Of a stretch of 64,000 nt of DNA, positions 52,140 through 64,000 are shown piece by piece (position 1 is the first letter of the stretch; every line of letters starts with the position of its first letter). This DNA is from the human T2T-CHM13v2.0 reference genome, Homo sapiens. The notes under the pieces were generated by a model that worked only from the letters and a program-made list of their open reading frames with translations, did not search any database and was not told the origin of the DNA. Location of the stretch: the NCBI RefSeq assembly GCF_009914755.1, contig NC_060926.1. The stretch is one strand, 5' to 3'. Made by a program: the position numbers and the translations under genes.

Positions 52140-52760
52140 TGTTAATGACTCAGATTTACATGTACAGCCCCAACCTCTCTCCTGAGCTCTAGAATCTATA
52201 GCCAGTTAATTATCGTTAATGTCTGCAGACATCTCAAACCCACCTGTTTCCAAACTGAACTCATTTCCTTTCCTTTCACAGAGTCATCCAAAATGGAAAC
52301 CTAACATAGAAACATACTTCTGAAGTCCGATTAGTCACCAAATCCCAACACTTCTATGGAAAAATGTCCCTACATCTTAGTCCTTTTATAACCAGGATCT
52401 CTGCCTTTGTTCTAGCCTATATCTACTTTTACCCATATGGATTTAAAACCTCATTATTTTCATAACTCATAATTCATGCTACATTAGTTTAACATCTCAT
52501 TAAATATTCAGCAGCTTTCCACTGCCCAAAGAATAAAAGCCAAATTCTTTCCTATGATATACAAAACCCCTCATAATTGTATCCCCATCTGGTTTTCCAG
52601 CCTGATCTACCTTGATGTCCCATCGGTCTCCTGTGCTCTAGACATACGTCTCATGATTTCTCATTCCTTGAATGCTTTCAGTGTTTTCCTATCCTAGCAG
52701 TTCACTTACACTGTTCTCTGAAATTGAGCTGTTGGCTACACTCTGCTCCACTAAAAAACT
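52140..52760 (+). mobile_element. L2 fragment
   Basis: cagccccaacctctctcctgagctctaga...gacatctcaaac...ccaaactgaactcat...agaataaaagccaaattc. Confidence 0.8.
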
Positions 52761-52838
52761 TAAGACACACTCACTGTTGAAAACCCGATAATTTAGCTTC
52801 TCATTTGCTAGCTATTCATTAGCAACTCCTTAACCTAA

Positions 52839-53188
52839 ACAGGACACATTTTTAATGGATAAACTATAATTGATTTATTCATTGTTTTATTGTTTAACAT
52901 ACAATATTTATAAAAGTTCATTGTTATAAACCAGGCCCATCAATTTCCTTGTAGCTAAAATCTGGCAAGCGCCAATATTTACTTCTTTAGAAATATCTCT
53001 AGAAGTACATTTGCTACAGGACACATTTTTAATGGATAAGCTATAATTTATTTATTCTTTTATTGTTTAACATACAATATTTGTAAATGTTCAGTATTAT
53101 AAACCAAGCCTATCAATTTCCTTGTAGCTAAAATCTGGTGATCACTAATATTTACTTCTTTAGAAATATGTCTAGAAGTATGTTTGCT
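52839..53188 (+). repeat. Head-to-tail tandem duplication (177 bp + 173 bp, ~91% identical)
   Basis: Both units start acaggacacatttttaatggataa (52839, 53016) and end tagaagta..tttgct. By hand: 16 substitutions and one 4-bp indel. Confidence 0.95.
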
Positions 53189-54053
53189 CAATCAAAGGTT
53201 ATGCAAAATTAGAAGGCTTTTAAGGTATACTAACAAATTGTTCTTTTTTCTTAAGATTTCAGCAAATAAGACTAATAGCTAAAATAAAAAGGACTCTGAT
53301 AAACATTTAATACAAATTACCCTCTTTGAGACTTACAATGATCTTTGAAGTAGATAGTGTTATTATCTTATTTTACTTACGAATGTAATGGAAATCTTGA
53401 GTGATTAGTATCATGATTGAAATGGTAAAGCCAGTGTGAACCTAAGTCTGATTCCACACCAGGTTTATAGTCACTGTATTTGCATTGATTTCCAACCACA
53501 CTTTCCAGGATTATAATCGCAGTGGCCAACCCTGTGTATTATATTTTTTTTTTGTTTTTTATCTTTGCCATTTTAGTATGGGAGAAACATTTTATCTTGT
53601 TTCAACCATATTTCTAGCATTATCAGTGCATTTAATGATTTTAAAAACTGGCATTTAAACATTTCAAAAATTGTTATTGCAAATTTTCTAGTGATATTGT
53701 TGCTTATGTTTCCATTGGGGGTTGAAAGGGGTCTTTTTTCTCTTGTCATTTATAAGAATACTTTGTTAAATATTATCGCCCTGGTCATGCATTTTGCAAA
53801 CATTTTTCTGACTTTTTGTTTACAGTTTTTTTTATATACAGACTTTTCAAGTTTATATATTAAAACCAATGTTTGCCTTAATACTTTCTCTTTTTTGTGT
53901 AGAAATGCCATTCATTTTTAAAGTGCTTTGAAAAAACATTTATATCATCATAAAGGCATAATATCAAAATTGGTACTCAGATCATAGTCTTATTAGGAAT
54001 ATGTTATATCTACTCAAACTGATACTAATTTTTATTTAAAATTTACATAAAAT

Positions 54054-54184
54054 AGCTGGGCATGGTGGCATGCATCTGTAGTACCATCTATTCAGAAGGC
54101 TAAGGCAGGAAGATCTCTTGCACATAGGAGTTTGAGTCCAGCCTGGGAAATGTAGCAAAACCCCATCTCTAGAAAAAAAAAAAA
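54054..54184 (+). mobile_element. FLAM monomer
   Basis: Single monomer plus A tail; flanking direct repeat tacataaaat (54044-54053, 54191-54200). Confidence 0.85.
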
Positions 54185-55199
54185 CTCTAATACATAAAAT
54201 ATATTCATAATTAGGTAAAAATTAAATTAACATAACATTTATAACATAAACATTTTACTTTGAAACTAATCACTGTAACAATTTTAAAAATTCAATGCTG
54301 TTTCCCTCTGAATAGCAGCACATCTTTAATTAAAAATGAATAAAAATAGCCCCATACACATTGTACCTTTTCCTTTTAAAGGCAAAAAAATGTAAAGTAA
54401 TGGAAAAATATTCACAACCCTAGTGAATGCATTTATAATGTTTCTTTTTCTCCCTGGAGCCACTCATTTGAAGACAGCTAGAAAGCACGTGGAAACATTC
54501 CATATAATTTATTGCGGTAAATGATTCAGAGCTATTTTTCAAGGTAGCAAGCCTTTAAGGAAGCTTATGCTAGCCATTTGTTAAAATGCTGTTTTCTGCC
54601 AAGATTAAAGAAGAGATCATTAGGTATGATCTACACTTTTATACAAATATCTCCTCCTCGTCTAACATCTGATTACTTAAATTGAATCTAATCTTATGAC
54701 AGGTGTATTAAAAATTTAGAGAGTAAACAAATACTTTGTTTCATTACAGATCCTCTCCTAGAGAAAGCTTAATTATTTTATTAATATGTTCTAATGTACT
54801 CACAGATTGTAATGAATACATTCAACAGATATATATTCATTTTAAAGTTTGCATTTTTATAAGTACTGTAATTACTTAGAAGCCATTTCAATACTAATTT
54901 GGTCCCTTTTTAGTAGCTTGCACAGTGGAATTAAAACTTACCAGGGATTTCACAGAGTAAATTTGCAAGTTAAATAGAATGGCCTATGAGGAAAGAAAGA
55001 AAATCTACCATTCATTAAATGTTTAAATGAGTTGGATACATGCAAGCTAGAAGAAAGCAGGGTTACCACAACTTCTATAGAAACAGGAATTATTACAAGA
55101 GCCTTTCATTATCATTAATGCTTGACTGGGAGAACTTCTCTGGTCTTTGCTGACTTTGTCCTCCTGTCAGGAGATTATACTATACTTGGGATGGAATGC

Positions 55200-55556
55200 T
55201 GTCTTAGTCTATCTGGGTTGCTATAATAAACATACAATAAACTGGGTGGTTTAAAAACAACAGAAATTTATTGTACACAGTTCTGGAGGCTGAGAAGTCC
55301 AAGATCAAGACACCAGCAGATTTGGTGTCTGATGAGGGAAAAGTTCATTGAGCCTTCTTCTTGCATGCTCACATGGTGAAAGAGAAGAGCTAGATCTCTG
55401 GGTTTCTTTCATGAGGACACTAATCTCATTCCTCGGGGCAGAGACTTCATGACTTGATCACCTTCTAAGGGCCCAGACTTCTAATGCTATCACCCTGGGG
55501 ACTGGATTTCAATGCATGAATTTGGGAGGGGGGACTCAAACGTTTAGACTACAACA
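55200..55556 (-). mobile_element. MaLR solo LTR (MLT1A/MSTD-like)
   Basis: tgtcttagtct...cacagttctggaggctgagaagtccaagatcaag...tagactacaaca. TSD aatgc/aatga. Confidence 0.88.
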
Positions 55557-56526
55557 AATGATAATTTCAGTCAATCATTCATCCAACAAAACCTGATTAT
55601 CCTAGTCAATAATAAACACTCTAGGTAGTATATGACTAAGGGGAAAATATCCAAAGAAAAGAAACGTTTCACTTTGGCTAGCTTTTTGGGGGATCATGAG
55701 TTATCTCTTTACCCTCAAGTTCTTCAAACAATGAAGTTTGAAGTTTTCTTTTAAGTAAATCCAATAGGCCCTGTGATCATTTGATCAGTCAGGTGTCAAC
55801 AAAGTCTTAGGATACTTTTACATGTCAGTGAATCTCTTATTGCCATGCTACTCTGTTCAGTCTTGATTCTTCACATTTTATTTTTCTGCAAAATTAATCC
55901 CCTCAAGTTTAAGGAGGCGTCAAAGTTGTACCATATCCTGGGCTTGCAGCCATTGTTTCAAACTCAGTGTGTCTATAATTACCTTTTGTCCCAAGCCTTT
56001 TGTCCTCTAATCTCTTTCTTTCATCTTTTACATTTTTCTCTCTCATCTTTCATCACCCCATGCTCACTACAAACTGGACCTAAGCCCTGGGGATTCATTC
56101 TACTAGTCTTTTTAAAATCTATTTCTTCTTTTCTTCCATTAATAACTCAGCTTTCTAAATTTGAGCCTTGATTGCCTCAGACTTGAATTACTACAATAAT
56201 TTTCAGTGTAGTTTCCCCAAACTCCAGCCTGTCCCTATCTTCATTCCACCTTCCTTAAATAATTAAGTGATGACTCCGTCGAAATTATCGCTCCCAGTTG
56301 GAAAAACAAACAAGCACCAAAAAAAAAAAAAAAAAAAAAAACCTGAAAGAGTTCCTAGTTATTACAGGATAAAATTGGCATTGTTTACACAACTTTGACC
56401 CCTTTCTGCTCTACTCCATCAACTTTATGGACCCTGACCAGACTTGTAAAAAATTGTTATTGTTAGTTGTTGTTTTTCTTATAGCTTTGCCTTTTCTTAA
56501 ACCCATTTGCCATGACCTTGCCATGC

Positions 56527-56528
56527 TT

Positions 56529-56575
<47 letters not shown>

Positions 56576-56865
56576 TTTTTTTGAGGCGGAGTCTTGCTCT
56601 GTTGCCCAGGCTGGAGTGCAGTGACACAATTTTGGCTCACTGCAACCTCCACCTCCCGGGTTCAAGTGATTCTCCTACCTCAGCCCCCCCGAGTAGCTGG
56701 GATTACAGGAACCCGCAACCATACCTGGCTAATTTTTGTATTTTTAGTAGAGACAGGGTTTCACCATGTTGGCCAGGATGGTCTCGAACTCCTGAACTCA
56801 GGTGATCCACCCGCCTCCACATCCCAAAGTGCTGGGATTACAGGTGTGAGCCACCGCGCCCGGCC
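56527..56865 (-). mobile_element. AluSx-like with a (TTTA)12 tail at 56528-56575
   Basis: Full dimer ending ccaccgcgcccggcc. Confidence 0.96.
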
Positions 56866-57327
56866 ACTTTTAGAACTATGTAAATTCTATCAATCTAGTC
56901 GCACTTCAAAACCCACCATCTCTATATAGTGCTGTATTTTTTCTGCTTTTCAATATACATTTATATTTCCTTTGAACTTAGACTGCAGAATTTTTTCTCT
57001 TGTTTTTAACTTATATATTATTTCTCAATATTTTATTCTTTAATCATTATGTTGTCATTCAATTATGTATGTTTCATTATCCTATCTGCAAAAATAAATT
57101 GTAGTCTTTTTTGGAAGCAAGAATTTGTTGTTTTTCTTTTTAAAAAATCCCCTTACAGGAATAAACGCTTATTAAAAGAATGAACAAGTAAACAATTGTT
57201 ATAAAAATGTTTAAAGTTACACAAGAGCCTGTTATCATAAAAATAGCTTCAAAATTCTGACTACATAAACTAAAATCATCTTCCTGGAGGATGAAATTGT
57301 TCCTCTAGAAATGTGTGGATTTGGGGC

Positions 57328-57783
57328 TTTGGTAACTGAAAAATGAATATCAAAAGATACCCATGTTCTAACCCCTGGAGCCTGTGTTTTACCTTATGTG
57401 GCAAAAAAGATTTTGTAGACATGATTTTGTTAAAGATCTTGAGATATGGAGATAATCTTGTGTTATCTAGATAGCCGCGCTACCACATGTATCCTTATAA
57501 AAGGGAAGCAGAGGGAGAAGAAAAGGTGATGTGACCATAGTGGCAGAGCTTGGAGTAAAGCGGCCAATAAGCCAGGGAATGGTTGTAGTCACAAGAACCT
57601 GGAAGAAGCAAGGGCTAGATTTTCCCCCAGACCCTCTGGAGGGAAAGAGGCCCTGCTGATACCTGATTCCCACCCAGTAAAACTGATTTTGGACTTCTGG
57701 CCTCCTGAAATGTGAGAGAATAAATTCCTGTTTAAGCTTCCAAGTTTGTGATAATTTGTTTTATCAACGACAGGAAATTAAGG
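57328..57783 (+). mobile_element. MaLR LTR (MLT1C/D-like)
   Basis: taccttatgtggcaaaaaagattttgtagac...ttttggacttctggcctcctgaaatgtgagagaataaatt. Confidence 0.85.
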
Positions 57784-60700
57784 GCTCACAAAGAAAATTC
57801 TAGAAACAGTATAGCTCAGAGTTCATAAATAGCCAACTTCTTTGGACAAAAATTTCTAAGATACTAAACCTTCCTCAAAGTTGGAAACATACATGATTTC
57901 ATCCTGATACTTCTAAACATGTTGTGATAGCTAGAAAGAGTGGACCTCAGTTATATAGTACTGATTCTTCAGAAAGTTTTAATTGTAGAATTTTTGTTTT
58001 TAGAGATTCTATTTTAACTCAAATTTTTGTATTCTCTACCATCATAGTAATTGTAAATAACATTGTCAATTATAAATCCTATATTAATAAAAATATAAAA
58101 TAACTAAAATGAAATCCTTAAAATATTAAATGATAATGGCTCCTTCTGTTAATAAATCCTGCACAGGAGTGTTAAAATTATTTTATCCAATAATTGAGCA
58201 AAAAATCAACAAGTAACATTTTCCTAATTCAAGAAAATTATATCAGAGGAACATCTATGAAAACTTGGAGTTGATAAAAACTTGTAGGAACTTGTGATCT
58301 GATCCTGCCGAGTGTTGCCTGGCCACAGTGTTTTCTAGCATAGAAATGTTAAATATGTCATGTTTGGCCCTTTTCTTTCCCTGACAAGAGTTACTCAAAG
58401 ATTGTAAGTTTTTGTTTTCTTTCTTAAGATCTCTTAAAAATTGAAAACTAGTATTGGCTGTTTTTTAGATTTATCTTTTAAGTATTGTAGAGTCTCATTT
58501 TATGTTTCTACATTTTGATTGTTAACATCTACCATGTAAGACATTTTTTCAAAAGTGTTAGAAAAATTGTCAATTCAAGTCAATCTAGAAAACACCTTTT
58601 CCATTTTCATAAGATATTTAAAATTCATTTCATGGGATCCTACATTGATTTAAATAAGTCACAACTTTGGCTCTATGCTTTCTAGCTATGAGCACAAAGT
58701 TGGTTATATGATTCCTTGTGTCCATAATATTAAAAAACAGCTTCGTAAAAGTTCAGATATTCCTGGTGTTAAAATCATAAGGATATCTACTGTGATTATC
58801 GATAAGAAAAGCAGTACATGGAAAAGGGACTATGGCACCAACAAGGGAAGGACACCAGACCAAATTGGAGAAGACAGTGTCTAAGAAGGCATCTTAGAAA
58901 ATAGCAAAGTATGTCAGTGCAAATAGTAGGACAAAATATTATTCTGTTGATTAATTGGTTAAAGTATATCACCATCATCCCATGCATAACTGAGATTAAT
59001 ATTACATTTCTATAAGGCTTAAACATTAAAATGATATTCTGTTTTTTAATGTACATAAATGTGTATCAGTTTTATTAATGGGATTCCCAGAATATTTGGA
59101 AAAACTCCCCTTAAAGTGAAATATCACAGTAAGTGTATAAAGCAGAACGTTTAATACTACCCTGGTTTAATAAAACCCCACTACATACACACACACATAC
59201 ACGTAGACACAAAGGCGTACCTCAACCATCAGGACAACTTTTCTTACTGAAAATGGGAATCTGTTACCTGAAAAATTTACTAAAAGGAAAATGTGTTGCT
59301 ACTAACAGCATCCACTTTGTACCCATTGCCCACCAATTTGTCTCCTCTAAAGCTCCTGTTATATACAGATGGACTGCAAGCTCTCTGCTGACTTTACCAA
59401 GATGAATTTGTCTCCATTAAACTAGATATTTATTTCCAGCAGAACTTATTACTCCTGTGTACTCTTTAATCTTCTGACCCTCATTCTTTTCTCCACCTTG
59501 TCTTCAAATAGTTTTCTCCTGTTTTATGCCTAATTCGTTTTGACTTGAGGCTATAACCTTACTCATTACTGTGAAATGTATCCTTGTTCAAGTAACCTTC
59601 CGGCCAACATTTTATCATATTTAATACTTTTTTAATTAAATGATTTGAATGCATGAGTCTACTATATGTGAAGAATATTAGGGTCTTTCGAAATACTCTT
59701 CTATTCCCCATCACCCTTAGACTAGCTGTATGCCTATTTTTCATCAAGGACATAATTATTTTCACCATAACCATTTTAAGCACTCTATAATAGATAATAT
59801 AACTTTATCTTGGCTTAATCCATGTAGTAAAAGTCAGTTTATTATTTTCTAGGTAAGGTAAATAATGTCTGTGATTTCTAAATTAACAGCGTTGCCTAGC
59901 CCACTTTTATATTCTTGAGAAGCCAAGCAGAATCCATACTTATGATTAGTTGCTTTGCTGTACCTGTGATTGTCTTCATCTTACTGCATTTGCAATTCCA
60001 TCCTAGTTATTAAATTGTTACAGTTTTGGAATAAACTAGGCAAGGATATTCCTAGTTTTTTTTGCTTTTTAAATATGAAAACTTATTTTTTCAGAAATGA
60101 AAAGATAGCACAATAAGGCCAAGATGACATAAAACTATACAAGAAATTCATGTTCAAATAGTTGACTAGGCAATACTAATACTTTATCCCGGGAAGAGAA
60201 ACATTAAGTTTAGAAAAAGAAGACATCTGAAAAAATATGCAAGTGAAATGAAGATATTTGATATATTTTATAGCACAAAATACATTTTATATTCTGTATA
60301 AGATTTTTTAAAGATTCCTTGCTTAAAACTTACCAATTTTTAAAAGGAGTCATCAAATATAAAATATTATTGAAAGTAGCCCAGTGTAAGGAGACTAATC
60401 AAGTGGAAGCTACACATCGATATGGCTAAAACACAATGTTTTAGATATGTCATTTAAAGTTAACTATATATCCCATATATATTTTGCCTTGCTACAAATA
60501 TAGACGTAGTAGTCATACTATGTCAGCAAAATATCTTCTATTATAGGTTTTACATGCCCTAATTATATACTCATGATGTCAAAAAGGAATTGGATCTGAG
60601 ATATCATGAGATTGTCATTTTTCTGTATAAATGATGAAGAAAAATTATTTCTAATTTTTTTCCAAATTAATCTATTCTTAACATTAAAAGCTATCTTTAT

Positions 60701-61975
60701 ATTGAAATATGTCTAATACTTTTTTCTTTGCACAAGAAATATGTTTTCTAGGATTTTATTGCATTCTACACTAATTTGAAGCATGTGTTAGCAGTATGAA
60801 ATGGGTTTTTTCTTTTAATTACATCATATATAATTATACATGCAAGAAATATATATATATTTGTTATAGATAGATATCGCTGTTTAAATCCACTTTGAAA
60901 CAAGATGTAATATAAATAGGCACACAAACCATATACTCAATCTCATAGGGAATACAAAAGAATCATTAACAATACAGCAAGCATTCATAATGCTCTACAG
61001 GAGGCATTCAGGAAAAGTTCTGATAAGGACAGGAATGGGTCTAAAAGACTCCACAAAGCACTCAGCGTGCACAGAGAGCAGAGGGTGAGTAAGGACAGCA
61101 AGGACACTGCCACAAATGGAATTGAAAGTCTGGAGTGGGACAGTGGAAAATTAAGTTTTACAAGTAGAAGAGCTAAGATTACAATAGAAGGTAAATGTCA
61201 AGCAAGGGAATTTTGACTTGAGGGGACAAAAGAAGCAATGAGCTTTCAGACTACAAAGGTTGTCAAAGGATCGTGTGTAATAAGCATCATGAAAATACTT
61301 GGACTGCACTTTTGTTATTAAAAATGACACTGTGAATTCAGCCAAATATGAAAAGGGCTTCTTATTCACGTTATTTAGTGTTGAAGTCTAATTTCACAGC
61401 AAGCAGGGGCAGACTGTAGAAACTTTTTCAATTCATTTCTTTTATTCTGCTATCAAAGGATTTGATCCAATACAAAGCATGAAGCTACATGTGGTGTATA
61501 CAGAAATGATACCTTTCCATTAAAGGAAAAAAAGCTTCAGTAGGTAACCATGGAAACAGCCTAGTGTCCATTCCAATTTCGAGTAGAAAATCTTAGTCTT
61601 CTAATGAAAACCTACCAGATAGACATACTTCTACTCCAGCTCTCTAGTTCTAACTCTCTAAAAAGGTTTGGAATATTCATTTTATTTAAGAAAGTAAAAT
61701 ATGTGTTTATGACTGTAATATGCAAAATTTGATTTTTTCTTTTAGACAAAAAATTCAAAGATGCATTTTAAGACCGTAACACCAAGGAATGATCAAAGTG
61801 GTCTTGATAGCTCACCATAGCCAGTGTCCAATTCATGGTTTACACATTACTGAGAGCAAGTGCCACTTCTGGGTGGCAGAAATTGTCATGTTCCAATCCA
61901 CCTAACAAAGAGACCTGATTTTTTTTCTTCACTCAGTGAGTTAACCAAGTGACCCGTGAGGTGGACTTATTTTTT

Positions 61976-62623
61976 TTATTATTATTATACTTTAAGTTCT
62001 AGGGTACATGTGCACAATGTGCAGGTTTATTATATAAGTATGCATGTGCTATGTTGGTTTGCTGCGCCCATTAATTCATCATTTACATTAGGTATTTCTC
62101 CTAATGTTATCCGTCACCCCTCCCCCCACCCCACAACAGGCCCTGGTGTGTGATGTTCCCTGCCCTGTGTCCAAGTGTTCTCATTGTTCATTTCTCACCT
62201 ATGAGTGAGAACATGCGGTGTTTGGTTTTCTGTCTTGTGATAGTTTGCTGAGAATGATGGTTTCCAGCTTCATCCATGTCCCTGCAAAGGACATGAACTC
62301 ATCCTTTTTTATGGCTGCATGCTATTCCGTGGTGTATATGTGCCACATTTTCTTAATCCAGTCTATCATTGATGGACATTTGGGTTGGTTCCAAGTCTTT
62401 GCTATTGTGAATAGTGCCACAATAAACATACGTGTGCATGTGTCTTTATAGTAGCATGATTTGTAATCCTTTGGGTGTATACCCAGTAATGGGATTGCTG
62501 GGTCAAATGGTATTTCTAGTTTTAGATCCTTGAGGAATCACCACACTGTCTTCTACAATGACTGAACTAGTTTACAGTCCCACCAACAGTGTAAAAGCAT
62601 TCCTATTTCTCCACATCCTCTCC
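61976..62623 (-). mobile_element. L1PA (PA5-7-like) 3' end, 5'-truncated, ~650 bp
   Basis: tatactttaagttctagggtacatgtgcacaatgtgcagg... TSD gaggtggacttatttttt (61958-61975) / gagctggacttatttttt (62624-62641). Confidence 0.95.
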
Positions 62624-62779
62624 GAGCTGGACTTATTTTTTAAATGTATGAATCTTAATGTGGTGTTACTTATAAATCTAACATAAATACATAGCCCCCA
62701 ATTTCTTACTGAAGCTTTAAGAGACAAGTTAAAATTGATCTCTGGGATCCCTTGTACAGAAGAATTTCATATAAGTTTT

Positions 62780-63305
62780 GTAGCTTACTCCAGGAGGTAT
62801 AACATAACCTTCCCCCTTCCCTGGCATGTGTGCTGTGTTGACTTTCTTCCAAAGATTACAATGTGGAAGAGGATAGTGGCAACTTTACAATGGAGAAATA
62901 TTGGCAAATACTACCTTGAGTATGTAATCAAGATTCTATAATGTGAGTCATAGTGATACCGTGCACCCTTGAAGTGATGGGAATGACACTGTACCTTTGT
63001 GGTCTTCCACCCCCAACCCTAGACCCCTAATCCAGCCATGAGATAAACATTAGAAAAATTCAAACTGAGAGATATTCTATAAAGTGCCTGATAAGTATTT
63101 CTCAAAACCATCATCAAAAAGATAAAAGTCTGAACATCTATCAGAGTAGGCTGAGGGCATATGATGACTAAAAATATATTGTTGGATGGGATCTTGGAAA
63201 AAAGGAGCATGGATTGGATTCGTAGGGGAACATGATGGAAAACCTAATGAAATCTGAATAAACTCTAGAGTTTGAAAAGTATCACCAAGAAGTGAAATGC
63301 TAATT
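62780..63305 (+). mobile_element. L1MC/MD-like 3' fragment
   Basis: gactttcttccaaaga...aactttacaatggagaaa...caaactgagagatattcta...aatgaaatctgaataaa. Confidence 0.75.
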
Positions 63306-63307
63306 GT

Positions 63308-63460
63308 GTGGAAAGAACATGGGACTTGGAGCCTGACAGACCATAGTTCAAACACTGGCTCTCCCACTTGCAAACGGAGTGACTTTGTAGAACTTCTTTA
63401 ACCTTTGCAAACCTCATAATCCTAATTTGCAAAAAAAGAATAATACTGTATGTGCTATAT
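63308..63460 (+). mobile_element. MIR fragment
   Basis: gtggaaagaacatgggacttggagcctgacagacc...ttcaaacactggctctcccactt. Confidence 0.75.
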
Positions 63461-63493
63461 CATATTTAATATACAGTATATTTTAAATGACCA

Positions 63494-63937
63494 CTGTCTT
63501 TCGTAACACACAACAGTTGCTCCCAAAATGTTGTTTCTCCCCTTGCTTCCAGCCCAACATCAAAAGGCTAGCACCTCTGACCCTCTGGGGGTCTTTTAAC
63601 CAAAAGAGGCTGCTTTGCCCATCAGTCACATTAAATTCTGCTCCCTGGAAGCTCACCTCAAGCAAAAGCTGAGGGCAGATGATGTATAAATATCTCAGCC
63701 CTGTCACTCTTTGAGGGACTGACTCCGACGTGCTTATTCTACACTGGTTGCCAGGGATCCCCAACAGAATTAAGCTCTAGTTATCCACAGTGTAACTAAT
63801 TAGATAATTTACCATGTATTAGCCTTTTTCTCTTCCCTACCACCATACTTGTCTTTTCTGAGATCATATTCCTAACGAACGACTTGCACTTGAATTACTG
63901 TCTCAGTGTCTGCCTTTGGGGGAACCCAAACTAAATA
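63494..63937 (+). mobile_element. ERVL LTR (LTR16-like)
   Basis: 3' end acttgcacttgaattactgtctcagtgtctgcctttgggggaacccaaactaa is characteristic of the LTR16/LTR33 group. Confidence 0.75.
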
Positions 63938-64000
63938 GACCCTGCTCTTAGTTTGCAGCAATACTGACAGATGCTATAAGTAAATAAGATTTCTTTAAAC

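Noticed and set aside
48115-64000. Next GALNT13 exon (expected to begin VFSYTADKEIRTDDLCLDVS)
   Set aside because: Not found by eye in the window; it presumably lies further downstream.

Overview
Primate (most likely human) genomic DNA: an AT-rich, CpG-poor, repeat-laden stretch inside GALNT13 (polypeptide N-acetylgalactosaminyltransferase 13), transcribed on the + strand. Only two coding exons were found, and neither is in the ORF track. 35023-35162 encodes the end of the catalytic domain and the linker. 48016-48114 encodes the alpha subdomain of the ricin-type lectin domain. The rest is intron with Alu/FLAM, MIR, L1, HAL1, L2, MaLR/ERV LTRs and DNA-transposon fossils. Repeat subfamily names are by-eye recollections of consensus sequences and edges of old repeats are approximate. 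Most notable observations: (1) three solo LTRs of one ERV1 family, same orientation and each with its own 4-bp TSD, within 6.5 kb; (2) a tailless tRNA-Arg(ACG) 5' fragment retroposed into an MST LTR with a 13-bp TSD; (3) a MaLR locus carrying an LTR-derived fold-back plus an inverted copy of sequence 3.3 kb upstream; (4) a candidate 5-nt stop-creating microexon between the two exons; (5) a young AluYa5-lineage insertion; (6) an old twin-primed L1 and a 177-bp tandem duplication. I found no convincing new protein-coding system.
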